A DNA stretch of 63,791 bases, the filler included, from Choristocarpus tenellus KU-1152 (taxonomy: Eukaryota; Protista; Phaeophyceae): NCBI GenBank assembly GCA_964200185.2. It is 9 parts of 9 records of this genome, joined end to end, with 100 filler letters (N's around TTAATTAATTAA, not from the genome) between each part and the next. Parts side by side here need not be neighbours in the genome. Positions count along the whole stretch, not along the records: positions 27,904 to 31,824 come from CAXNAD020017138.1; positions 31,925 to 49,282 come from CAXNAD020000682.1; 7 more parts are not named here. One strand, 5' to 3'. This document shows, piece by piece, positions 30,700-42,566 of the stretch. A program made the translations under genes and the position numbers. Positions within the stretch are counted from its first letter, which is position 1, and each line of letters begins with the position of its first letter. The notes beneath the pieces were generated by a model. It saw only the letters and a list, made by a program, of their open reading frames with translations, was not told where the DNA came from and searched no databases.

Positions 30700-31737
30700 A
30701 CCCACCTTCAACCCGTAGGTGTGTGTGAACCCCCCACTGTTCTTGAGGGATTCGATGGCAGCGTCCGGGTTAGCGTACCACAGCACAGAGAACATGTGAA
30801 CCACTCTAGAGTCGAATTTGTCCTAGTCGGGTGCACGTTGGGTGTGCGGAGGATAAAGTCACATGATCAGGACAGAAGAACATGGGAATGGAAGTGGGTC
30901 TGTTGGCTAATGGCGTATGTCATACGACCAATAGCGATACACATGTATAAAACGTTAAATCAAGCTCAGTATGTGAAGGCAGGGGTTACTACGGTGTTGT
31001 TGGACCGTTAGAGATGGGGTATTGGATGTACAAGTGTTGGGATGGCTGCACCGCGCTTACACTGGAGCCGTCGCGCTTCTTGTGCTCTCTCCACACACCG
31101 AGAAGGATCTCCTCCAGTTCTTTTGTCGCTGGTGGACATAGTGAGGGGAAAAGAGGGATCGGGTTAGTTGGATCACCGACGCGGAATTAATATGGATATG
31201 GGCGACGAAAAGTAGGCGATGCTTAACAATTGTTTCACGAATCTTTTCCTGGGGAAGGAGCCGTGAGAACCCCACCTTTTCCCGTGCATATATGCGCAAG
31301 GGTGGCGATCTCATTGCAGAACTGGGTAGATCCTCCCACACTTCTTTAAGGAATGTCTTTATCTTGGCAGGAACCATCCTCTTAATAGCCGTCTGTAATG
31401 CGGCGTCGACACTCCGGAAGTCTATGTCTCCCAGACAGTAGTGGTTGCATCTGGTGACCAATGTCGTCATGCGCGTGCGACAATCAGAGTCCTCTTCTGT
31501 TTCCTGAACGTAGGGGTGGAACCTGTCACAACTGAAGTCACGCCTATACTCCAGGATAGCGGCAACCCAAGACACCATCCAATGGAATATGTCGAGAATA
31601 TTGGGCACATGCGACCTACTGGCCGCCACACTCTCCAATCGAAATGGATCAAAGCTTTTCGCGCCTGCAGTGTGGATAGATCTTCCACATGAACCTCCTG
31701 TGATCGCCGATCTGGAGGTTCGCTCCGATGTCCGAGG
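30700..31737 (-). pseudogene. Degenerate DDE transposase, probably Dada superfamily
   Basis: Ordered motifs LDIFHWM (DxxH), AIKRMVP, HIH...VGDPTNPIPLF (frameshifted) and RTNSTLEW-F-H (1-nt shift), compared with recalled Dada motifs LDIWHFM, CIQDPPGVxLY and RGSTSLESFH. Confidence 0.55.
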
Positions 31738-31824
31738 GGGTCAAAGTATCTGGGGAGGGGTATTGGCGTCCGTTTTTCACCCATTTTTCGATTTTCACTT
31801 TTTTGGTGTGATTCGGTCGCACGT

Positions 31825-31924
31825 NNNNNNNNNNNNNNNNNNNNNNNNNNNNNNNNNNNNNNNNNNNNTTAATTAATTAANNNNNNNNNNNNNNNNNNNN
31901 NNNNNNNNNNNNNNNNNNNNNNNN
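31825..31924. other. Artificial contig linker
   Basis: N44-TTAATTAATTAA-N44. Confidence 0.98.
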
Positions 31925-32104
31925 GTTGGTCATCCAATGGGGAGGGATTGCAACCAGTGACGAAGGGCATTTGCACTGGTTGGTCATCCAATGGGGAGGG
32001 ATTGCAACCAGTGACGAAGGGCATTTGCACTGGTTGGTCATCCAATGGGGAGGGATTGCAACCAGTGACGAAGGGCATTTGCACTGGTTGGTCATCCAAT
32101 GGGG
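31925..32104. repeat. Perfect 54-bp tandem repeat, 3.3 visible copies, running off the contig start
   Basis: GTTGGTCATCCAATGGGG at 31925, 31979, 32033 and 32087 with identical intervening sequence. Confidence 0.97.
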
Positions 32105-32542
32105 AATAGAGCATAGAGGAATAAGAAAATAGGAATGTGCAAAATAATAATAATAATCCAGAATTCGTGAGCAAAACAAAATACGTATCTGGGCAAGTCG
32201 ATGGTGTTGGGTTTCGAACAATCTTGTATTATTTTCACTTTTGACATTTTGTAGATGTTTCAGCGGAAACCAATGAAAACTATTCACATGTCAGAAAAAG
32301 CTATAAATATTTTTTGTAGTTTCTGAATCTCATAATTGAAAAAGTTACTCACAAGATCCTTAATGGTCGAGACGAATGGGACAGAGGGACTTACTACAAG
32401 AAAACATGAAGAATAACAAAAATAGTTCTACAAGAGGAGAGAAATGATAGAAACATAGCGAAAATAGAAGATATTGATGTCTTGCTGCGATTATGTTGAC
32501 TCAGCATAACCATATAACCGCAGCTCGCCTCCAGGTGGCTCT

Positions 32543-32807
32543 GAGCCTAACCAACTCCGTGGTAGAAATGTTTGGACCCCTTCGCATTCTAAGTCATCAT
32601 TCTTACTTTGTGCAATACACTCTATTTTAATTGCTTTTTTTGTGCATAATAGTGTACGCAAAATTGATATTCCTCTTTCCACATACAATGTGACTGACCC
32701 CCAACAAAGCGAAAAGCCTCTTTCTACGATTGTACAAAATGGCGCCTTTTGCCCTTTCTCGGAATCCTTAAAATGCAACCCTGCCTATCCCTTGATGGGT
32801 TTGGCTC
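32543..32807. mobile_element. MITE family C (ends GAGCCAAACC)
   Basis: TCT|GAGCCTAACC...GGTTTGGCTC|TCT. Relatives at ~52749-53010, ~57686-57954 (inverted), 63397-63450 and 13807-13881. Confidence 0.78.
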
Positions 32808-32957
32808 TCTACCAGCTGCACCTATCACTCTAGCTACTTGCTTGTCAGTTGATTTTAGGATTGAGTGGTTGTTTAGCTGCGGTGTTGGATAGACAGACAA
32901 AGATGTAAGGTGTTACGAGGGACGAACCACATATTTTACTATTTCTGCTGCGGTGCA

Positions 32958-33171
32958 AACAGCGGATCAAGGTAATGGCGGATGGATCATTTCATGGAGG
33001 ATGGATTTTTTCCCGAAATGGTGCGCGGAAAGTACCCATATGTGTTTTTTGTTAAGGGTCCCTTTTTGAATGGGAATCCATGCAAAAACATATGGCACTT
33101 TCCGCGCACCATTTCGGGAAAAATCCATCCTCCATGAAATGATCCATCCGCCATTATCTTGATCCGCTGTT
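32958..33171. mobile_element. Foldback MITE with AACAG ends, ~84-bp near-perfect TIR, TSD TGCA
   Basis: TGCA|AACAGCGGATCAAG...CTTGATCCGCTGTT|TGCA. Confidence 0.9.
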
Positions 33172-33249
33172 TGCAGTCTGCAGCTACTGTTGTTGAGATT
33201 TGTAGCTTCCTACAATACGAAAACTGTTAGTCCGGGTCTTAATGTATAG

Positions 33250-33483
33250 GGGAGCAACCAGCAACTAGAGACCACTCTACTGCTACTACTACAAGTATAT
33301 GGAGTGGACCTGCAGGAACTATCTCTCACCCTCCCCTCCTCCCGCTGGGTGGACATGAAGGAGCTATCTATTCGCCGCCGTCGCCTCCCTCAACCACTGT
33401 TCAGCCTCCTGGCGTGGCTCCCATACCCCTCCATCCCTCGCATCTGGTCCTTCACCTACACTGAGGCAGCAACAACTACGCAG
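33250..33483 (+). CDS. Putative internal exon of an unidentified gene
   Basis: TAG acceptor, GTATT donor, 78 open codons GSNQQLETTLLLLLQVYGVDLQELSLTLPSSRWVDM...TEAATTTQ; a possible terminal exon lies near 34255-34446. Confidence 0.4.
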
Positions 33484-33933
33484 GTATTTTTGCGTAGTCT
33501 GACAATTTTACTCGGTTGACGTATGGGATGGCAGTCCTAACTTGTGGGATATTTTGATGGGGTGGATATGCAAGCTTGCTGTGCATGGTGTAATGGAGGA
33601 TCACAATACATGACAAGACAAAGATTTACAGAGGGCTCATTTTGATACAGAGAATCTTGAGTATTAGTTGCAACAAGGGCAAAGGCCAAACCCATATCCC
33701 ATACATACTCTCCCTAATGGAATCCTCAATGACTTGTGAGAAGCATTGTAACTTTGCCCCATCATTGCTACACACTCAAGAGGGGAAATATGTAATATCT
33801 TCAATATTTTCCATGTTGCAGCAGAAGTAGATTTGTTTTGTTTCCCCTTGCTGCTGCAGCACGAGCATTTCTTGACACGTTACACCACACAGAAGGAAAG
33901 ATATCACAGTGCGCACAAACACACCAGAACACA

Positions 33934-34110
33934 GGGTCAAAGTATTTGAGGGGGGGTCGGCGTCCATTTTTCACCCTTTTTTTCGATTTTCACTTTTTTG
34001 GTGTGATTTGGTCGCAGGTGTCAGATTTGAAATGTCGGCAAAAAGAAAGTTGTTTGAACGAAACGGACGCCCCCTCACAAACCCCCCCCCCCCCCCAGAT
34101 ACTTTGAGTC
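33934..34110. mobile_element. Complete MITE family B copy (177 bp)
   Basis: ACA|GGGTCAAAGTATTTGAGGGG...CCCCAGATACTTTGAGTC|ACA; the internal part matches 31738-31824. Confidence 0.85.
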
Positions 34111-34688
34111 ACACACAGGATGCACAGCTGACAGGAGTGTTACTTGCCTCTGTGTGATACACCCGCATATACGCATTCAATATTGGCTGACGATTTTCCA
34201 ACCACCTACAAATCTACCGCGTACTGCTGCCTGTCATGCTCTTTTGAGCAGTAGAGATAAAAGAAACAGCAGCAGTGTGGCAGCTGAATATGTACCGCCG
34301 CCACAACCCCATCCCCAGGGACCCCTCCCCCTTGCAAGAGAAGGCAGCCAAGGGGGGACATGTGAAGGATGAAGGGGTTAAAGGAAAGGGCTCAGAGGCA
34401 GGAGAGTTGGATGAGGGAGTTGTAGTGTGTGAGATGGGAATGTAGTAAGGCAAGGTGAGAGTTGGAAGGGGAGGGAGGGGCACGGTGTGGGGAGGTTGCT
34501 GGGTTTCACACATTTCAAGGGACTGTAATAGCAGCAGGAGTAAATTGGTTGTTGATGTCAGAGTCTATATATCCAGGGAAGTACTGGTAATGTTACATTT
34601 TACTCCTGGTGAAATCATTTTTGGAGATGTTGACCCTTGGTGGGTGCAGGAAGGTGTGTTTTGCAAGCTGCTTGTCTGGTTTACTTGA

Positions 34689-34943
34689 GAGTGAGAGTAT
34701 CTTAGAGGGTATGGGTTTTACCCTGTTTGTCCATTTGGGGCTTGGCTTCCCACGGGTATATTATGGCCTTTACTTACTCCAAAATGTTTCGGAGTCGGTA
34801 AAAGGTATACCTTATGAAAAGGGTGTCTGGAACAAGGATATTGACATCTCTTAACAAACATGTAGTCAAAATGAATCAAAATTGCAACATTGGATTTGGG
34901 CCCCCAAATGGACACGGCTCTACCCTCTAAGATGCTTTGACTC
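34689..34943. mobile_element. MITE family A copy
   Basis: Both TIRs; 3-bp TGA flanks. Confidence 0.9.
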
Positions 34944-35558
34944 TGAGCTCTACTGTTGTGCTAATTGTGGCATTCAAATGGGATAATGTCCACTTCTTGT
35001 ATAGTAGTGTTTCCTTTTGTCCCAGTTTGAGTCCCGCTTGTGATATTTTCCATGCGGTTTTTATATGGTGTGATACATTGGACAAACATTTGTTTTTGTC
35101 TGTATCTAATGTTGATCCCTACAGAGGGAGATAAAAAGCTTCACTATAATATTTTTCTTTTCAATCTCTTTGATAACAGCTAATGTAATATGCACAACAA
35201 CACACTAGGCAGTCTTTCTCACTCTCACATGTTTGTTCTTAAACTTTTGACTATTTGCAGAATCACGAGGACAAGGTGGTAAAGAACCAGCCTTGCCTCA
35301 TATTTTTCAAGTCAGAGAAGCAGTGGTTGGATGCTGTCGTCCTTAAGCAGGTCAACATCTTGTGCCCCACACCATATTGTTATCCCCTAGGCATTGGAAT
35401 TTATTGTGCTCCAGGGTAGATGTTGCCGAGCAGGGAGGGGACAGACGGGTAATACTATACAATTGATTGAGCAGCCTGGGGCAGTGGTGTAGTACTCCAA
35501 ACAGTAATAGTTGATCTATGAGCATGGGATTACAGAAAGAGGGTTGTGAAATAGTCCA

Positions 35559-35817
35559 GAGCCAAATTATCTTAGAGGGTAGAGTCGCGTCCATTTGTGG
35601 ATCAAAATTCAATGTTGCGATTTTGATGTAATTTTGGTTATCCTGTTTGTTAGGAAGTGTCAATATCTATGTTTCGGACACACCTTTTCATAATGTGTAC
35701 ATTTTACCTACTCCTAAACATTTTGGAGTAGGAAAATGTCATAAAAAAACCCCATTGGATCCAGGCCCCAAATGGACAAATAGGGCAAAACTCGTACCCT
35801 CTAAGATACTTTCACTC
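35559..35817. mobile_element. MITE family A copy, TSD TCCA
   Basis: TCCA|GAGCCAAATTATCTTAGAGGGTA...TAAGATACTTTCACTC|TCCA. Confidence 0.92.
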
Positions 35818-38800
35818 TCCATTTCTACAACCCTAAGCATAAGTGAGCATAGTCAAGAATTAACTCAATGACAAACTTCTTCCCAAACATGTGTTTTGTT
35901 CTGAATCTCCTAGAGGCAGGTGTGGCAAAGTGTGCTTGTCAAACTGCAGTTGAATGACAAACCGTGAAAGTAAAAAGTGTGATTTGCTGCCTATCTGACT
36001 ACGGGTGGTGCATGGGGTACATTGGTGCAGTTTCTGCCTTCCCCATGAGGAATTAGTGGTGAATAATCGGGAGCTCTCGAACTATATGGTGCACCTGCTC
36101 TAAGCTCTATAATATTGTTGCACACCATACACAACTAATTGTTCATAATATTTACTATAGCACCTTCTCAAACTATGATACAGAACATACAGATTGGGGT
36201 TGTACTCTTGCTGGGATACACCAACAATCTGTTGGATATCACATGTAGTTCAGAGCAGCAGAAAATGACAGTCACTAATGGAAACAAGAATCGATAGATG
36301 AGGATGTATCAAAATCAAGCCCCAGGACCAGCAGCATCATGAAAGAAGATCCATCGCCGGAAATGGACAATATTGTGATCTGGAGTACCTTACCAGCGTC
36401 CACTACAGAGCCATACACGTACCTGAACCTGAGTTACTCTCTTCCTGTACGTGCTATTACCAAAACAACATACTTTGGAGTAGAATTGATTATCATTTGC
36501 ATACCGGGGTTTGTACAAGTTGGTGAAATTCCTGTACGGAAACACACCAAGAACATACTCTGAGGGATCGAAAACAAGAAGGAAGATTGGAAGTACATTC
36601 TTGAAACTATTTCAAGCTCTTCTACTTTATCGTCTTTATTGTCTTCTGTGTTGCTCTAGTGCTTACTCAAAGACCTTAAGTATAGTGCAGCAGAAACCAC
36701 CAAATTCTTCTCATCAACTGGTCGTCATCCTGACCAAAGGAGCATCCTCTAGAGGATTCCAACCTACCACACACACCAATTCACTACAGACACATGCTGT
36801 CTGAGGCCTCTACTGAACTCCTCCAATATCTGGCATGATACTATTTCTTAACTTGAAGGCGAAGGTTACATAGAGTAGATGCTTACAAAGTACATGGTGT
36901 ACATTTCTGCAGAGGGTGAGAATGATGTTCTAGATGAGTGCTTTTGCTTGGCTTGGAGACTTGCTATCATTGCACATTTTCTTGACTGATATATACTGTG
37001 TTACCTCTGCTCTTGTTCTCTGCATCAACAAGTACACACACGCACAAATTGCATTGTAGGAACAAAACATCACGTCTGAAAAATGAACAGAGAATTCACA
37101 TGACACAAGCACGTGAAACACATTTGAGAAAAGAACAGACTTGAAGCGTAGTAGACATTTCTGAAGCTTTGATCCAAGGCATGTCAAGTACAAAATGGCT
37201 GCACACACATGCCTTAAAGCTTCTCTGTTAGGCTGGGAAGAGCATGTCGTAGAAGAGACTTCAACTCTACATAGTTGAGAGTTAATTCATCAAAATGGAA
37301 AAAGATTCGTGAGTCCAGAGACACCCTTCATGCTGCACACACAATAACCTGAGGAGGCATTCTTCCGTCAGCAGCACCCATATGTTAGGGTTCATACCGT
37401 TCATTAATGGACAAAGACTGTCAGTTCAAAGGAAATGAGGCATGTGGTCTGTTTGTGATCAATTGAGCTGTGACTGGTACAGTCCACATAACCCAATTTG
37501 AAACAATGAGGCAGATACACAAGGCTGATGTTCAGAAACTAGTTCAGAGAGAACAGATGGCAGATTATTTGGAATGTGTCTTCCACAAGACCAATGAGTA
37601 TGTGGTGACAACAACAACAACAATCGAATTTCTTACCGAAAACGGATCACGTAGGACCTTCCGATGGCTTCAATCCGTAAGGAACAGCAGCTTCATCACA
37701 GTGACAAACAAAATGACTGCAGAATATGGTCCCTATGTGTTCCCCATCCACCAAAGGTTTCCATTCGAAAAGAACATAGACACCCATTCTACAGGAGTAT
37801 GTGTGAACTATGCAAGGAACAATTCATCTCCAATCTTCTACCAACATGTGTTGACTTGGTTGATGATAACGAATATCAAAATGCAATGATGAATGGGCTG
37901 CTTATCAACCCACTCAAATTGCATATTGAAAGACTCAATTGGTTGTAGAATGCCACCATCAGATATGGACAGGGTCAAAATGTAGCAGTCCAAAGGATGA
38001 AGCACATCCTAAGCAGTGTTAGGGAAATGAAGTCAACAACTTATCGCCTTGTAGGCAAGAATTGATTGTTATGGTCTTGAGTAGATTTCGAGTATCCATT
38101 CTGCATTCGTCCAACCTCAACCTATCCCCAATATGTGATGTGACTGGTTAGATTGAACTTTACCATGAAAGCCAACAAGTCACACATCCTAAACTATATA
38201 AAGGTCTTGATACAGAAAATGAGCATATATGGTGCATATGATCATACTCGAAACATCAAATACATAGGACTTCAAATCGCACACAGAGACACGTTCTGGT
38301 AGGGGCGCTACTTGCACTACAATCTTGTTGCGAAGAACGCAGTGCTGGTCGGCTCATCACAGATAGTGAATACACGCAAAAGTATGCACCTCGTGGACTA
38401 TGCATGGTGATCATATAACGACAAATTCACTTCACAAACCACTACTACTACCATTGCCGTGAGTGGTGTGCGGAGAGAGGGTATTGCCCACTCTCTCTCA
38501 GTCAGTAAGGCGAAAGAAGGTATTCGGCTCTCTCTGCAAGGTTGAGCTGCAGGTACCTGCAGGGGGCAGTGGAGAGGTATGGGAAGAGATGATAACAACC
38601 CCCCGCCAGAGATTTACAGCGTGAGGCGGTCGGTGACAAGGAGGCGCACCGTCAGTCGGTGGGGTGGATGGTACAGGTGAGTGAGCTCAGTCAGATGCTG
38701 AGGGCACAAGCAAGGTAAGAGGTAGCAGTAACAATCGACAATCAAGTCGTCAAGGCCAACCAGTGCGCTGAGACCGGTCAGTGGGAAAAGCATTTCCCAG

Positions 38801-39201
38801 GCGCATCATACACATCCAGGTGAAGATGACAAGATCAAGACGATGGGTACAACAAATAATACGACAAGTAGTATGGGTGGCTGACCACAGAAGTTTATGG
38901 CCCTTACAAACCCAAAAAATGGTAACTCATTTCTTTTTTGTATTTTTTTTGTGGGAGGGGTCGTGGGTGACGGGCAGACAGACAGACAGACAAACAGGTC
39001 GTTAACCCTGTGATGTTTAACCAGAACATGATTTGAGGATTATAATTTTTCGCTTCTACAAAGTAGTAGTACTTTTGTCTTGTAGTGTTATAGTTGGTCG
39101 CTGTGGTGTTGTGCGCTGTTAGTGTGAAACACCTACAGAGCACAGTGTGCGTGTGTGGGACTTTATTGTGCGTTAGTTCATCTGTGGAATAATCGCACAG
39201 C

Positions 39202-40419
39202 ATGGGATCTGGAGATCAGGATGAAGTCGAAAAAGTGGACACTGCAGATGTTGTATGGAATGAGTTGAGAAGACTTAGGGATGATATCCCCCCCCCTTTG
39301 GAGGATGGCTACCCCGATGACAGAGCGTGTGACGCTTTCCACAAGGCTGACCAGGCAGTGGCTGCCCTTTGTGCGATCCCTCGCGAAGAGATGCTGGGGG
39401 GCTTCTCAAAACTTGTGGAGGGGGAACGGCTTTCAGACCTACTTGCAACCCTTGCAGGCAGTACTGACCACCCTGCGTTGCAACATGCATGTCTCATGGT
39501 GATGTGTGGCGTGGCTGGCCTCAATCGTGCCCATGATGCAATTTGCTCCCGCCCTGACATACTGAAAACTCTTTTTAGCATCCTGGCCAAACCGAAACAG
39601 TACCGTATCAGCTCGATTGGAGCTGAAGAGGAACTCGAAGTCAATCCAGCTGTGGGGGCTATTATATGCTTGAACAGTCTTCTCGTCTCGTGTGGTGGTC
39701 TTAAGGCCGAAGATGTCACTGTGTGGGAGGAGCTAGGTGCCCTGTGTGCGATCGCATCTGCTCTGGAGGGTCATGCCGCCTTCCTTGGCGGAGGTGATGA
39801 AGATGTGCTTCCCGCCATGCTGTTTGGCCTGGCCACACCACTACTGCGTGCTCACCAACCTAGTGATCTCCTGGAAGACAGGCTGCGACTCTCTACAGCA
39901 TTCCTCGTGCTAGTGGCTGACCGACGCGAATGGGTTGCACGCAGCCTCGCCATGGCTGCCAACACCACCCAAGCTGACCCAGCGGGCTTGGCAGGCCAGC
40001 CACAACCGGTGACGGTCGATAATCTCCTTGTCTCATCTCTCAGTCTTCCTGGTTTGTTCGGCGCGGCTTGCCAAAAGACCTCTGTTCGGCTTCGCGCCAG
40101 GGCGGTCGCAGCTGCTCGGGAGTGCGAGCGTGAGGGATCCTACTCCCCTGGCTTTGCTGAAGCACTGGCCAGATGCCTAGGGCTTGGTGGCCAGAAGGCG
40201 GTGCGCAGAGCAGCCCAGGCGGCATTGAATGAGGTTCGTGCCAAGCACCCTCATGTGCTATGCTCCAATCCAGGCTGTGGCGAGACCCAGGACCAGTATG
40301 CGACTGGGGGCCTCTTTAAGCGTTGTGCTCGGTGCCAATCAAGCCTGTATTGCTCAGGAGAGTGCCAGGTTGCGCACTGGAAGAATGGGCACAAAACTGC
40401 TTGTGGGGGCAAGGCATGA
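39202..40419 (+). CDS. MYND-type zinc-finger protein with a helical (ARM-like) N-terminal region, 405 aa
   Basis: Uninterrupted GC-rich ORF with C-terminal CSNPGC...KRCARCQSSLYCSGECQVAHWKNGHKTAC, a canonical zf-MYND. A CAG acceptor at 39198-39200 suggests an upstream exon. Confidence 0.9.
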   Translation: MGSGDQDEVEKVDTADVVWNELRRLRDDIPPPLEDGYPDDRACDAFHKADQAVAALCAIPREEMLGGFSKLVEGERLSDLLATLAGSTDHPALQHACLMVMCGVAGLNRAHDAICSRPDILKTLFSILAKPKQYRISSIGAEEELEVNPAVGAIICLNSLLVSCGGLKAEDVTVWEELGALCAIASALEGHAAFLGGGDEDVLPAMLFGLATPLLRAHQPSDLLEDRLRLSTAFLVLVADRREWVARSLAMAANTTQADPAGLAGQPQPVTVDNLLVSSLSLPGLFGAACQKTSVRLRARAVAAARECEREGSYSPGFAEALARCLGLGGQKAVRRAAQAALNEVRAKHPHVLCSNPGCGETQDQYATGGLFKRCARCQSSLYCSGECQVAHWKNGHKTACGGKA

Positions 40420-42566
40420 AGGTGAGGGTGGTTCGCTCTGACTGGAGTTGCAGTGTGTCAACTGAGGGGGAATCAAGGCAGGAAAGGAATACCTTACTTT
40501 ATTCTCAAAGAAGATTGAACGTGTATCACTTGAAAGCAGTGTCAAGTATTTCCCGGACAAGGTTTCCAGGTTAGGAATGGAAAAATGTGTGTCTTGCAAC
40601 ATTTATTCTGAAGTATGCTCTTGTTTGTTCGAGACCAACTCTGGTTGAACAGCGGTGAGTTTTGCCTACATCCTGCTCAGGGGCCAAGTACAGGATTGAG
40701 CTCTAAGCTCAAATTTATGGCTTTGTCACTTATGGGTCAGATAAAACAGCATTGCATTGCTATGTGCTATATATACAAGGCTCATCCACCTCTTTTTGAC
40801 TTTTCTAATTCATTGTGATGCTGCTGTTTCTTCCTCCTGTCTTTCCAACACTATGTGTAGGAGAAGTCATGCCTTGAGAATATTGGAGGCAGATACGTTT
40901 CTAGCACTTTATTTTTGTCTGCTGGCACCCGTAGAGAAGGGTATTCTTGTTTTAAGTGCTGAGAGTACCATTGTGTGGCATGTTGTCTATATGCTGTCTG
41001 TTTGTGGAGCAGATGAACTGATATGAATTGGATTACTTGTTTGATCTAAACTGTACCCCTCTGTCATTTAATCTATCATAGATTTGTTGTCAATTCATTC
41101 CATAATTTTTGGGCACACTATATCTACTGCAAGAGGCTGGGCATTTAATCACTGAATATTATGCTGTAACTAATCACAGATACTTAATTCTTATCAACAT
41201 TTGCTAGGTCAAGCTATCGAGGAGATGATAAACATAGGAGCCACCTGTCTCCGGTGGAGTCAATTCAGGCTCCTTGTTTCATGAAAGGAGGCAGCACCAA
41301 CACACGGTCAAAGGAGTATAGGTTTGGAAGGACTTAAAAGGGTAAAGGAGGAATGTCGTATCTGTCTCACAATGCCTTTGGCATAAAGTTTAAATTGACG
41401 TAAACCATGTTTGTATGGTAAAGAATAGATGAAGAAGTCCATTTTCAACCCTTTTCATAGTTGCAATTGGTCAACCAACTATAAAATATAATTGTGTGTC
41501 ACCTTATGGCAGTTAGATTACAGTAAATAATCAGTTGCTTTCGATATTAGATAGGTGTTGGTGTATAGGTGGAGAGGATTTTACCATGTTCAACTTGGTG
41601 AGACTCAGCAAGGCAACCCTGTAAATGGATGCTCATCCATCTACTTGCTCACCATCAGGACAGGGTACAGGCATGTACAATAGTAGGGCATGAGTTGGAA
41701 CCTCACAAGCCATTGTTGTAGGAAGACCTTTCAGGGTATACTCTCTTTATGAATTACACAAACACCACATATCTTTTTCATTTCTTAACATTTTAATTTT
41801 TCCTGGGATGCTACTTGACATGGTTCAGAGAAGGTTGGGCTGTGTTTTGAAAGACATGCTCCAATTCAAAGTAGGGCGCAACATAATTATACATCACATG
41901 CTTTTAGTGTTTGGCCTGCACAGGGCCTTCACACAAAGGCAGAGAGCATACTAAAAGTGGTGTTGTTGCCGACTTCTGTTACTTGTGTCACTTCAAGGGT
42001 CCAAATTGAATTCCATGATCCTTTTCTGTTGGATTGATGCATTTGCATATTCTCTTCCTTGAATGCCCTACATGACATCTTCTCTGACAAGAATGACACA
42101 TGAAGGACACATGTCAAATATCTCTTGAGTATTAAAAAAGGATGTATGTTGCACTATTTACAGAGCTCAACAAAAGACCTATATGAAATCTGGACAGCAG
42201 GTATTGGTACTGGTCTTGGAATCTCAACTGTGGTGTTTCTCACTATTGTATAAACCACATGATGCTGGCAATACAAAACTTTACCCTTTACACGACATTC
42301 CAGAGGTACCTGTTCTCATACGCAGACAAAAATATACAAGAAGCTGACATGCTACTGGTTGTCCTCTACCAACTGCAAATGGTGAAAAATGCATCACTAC
42401 ATATAACGGGCAGTTGATCCTCTACATATTACTCTCTTTTCTTATAATAGGTTGGTATTTTTTATGAGTAAAAGCACATCCAACAAAGCTGAAATATCCG
42501 TTTCATTATCTGGCCATTGCCGACCAGTTGCAAGACAATGAAAGTGTGCAACTACAGTATATTACA

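Noticed and set aside
31925-32104. CRISPR-like array
   Set aside because: The units are identical end to end, with no spacers.
35900-38350. MULE/FAR1-like transposase relic (EHHSHP near 36920) and ORF 37470-37889
   Set aside because: Only a single short motif; too degenerate to support a call.
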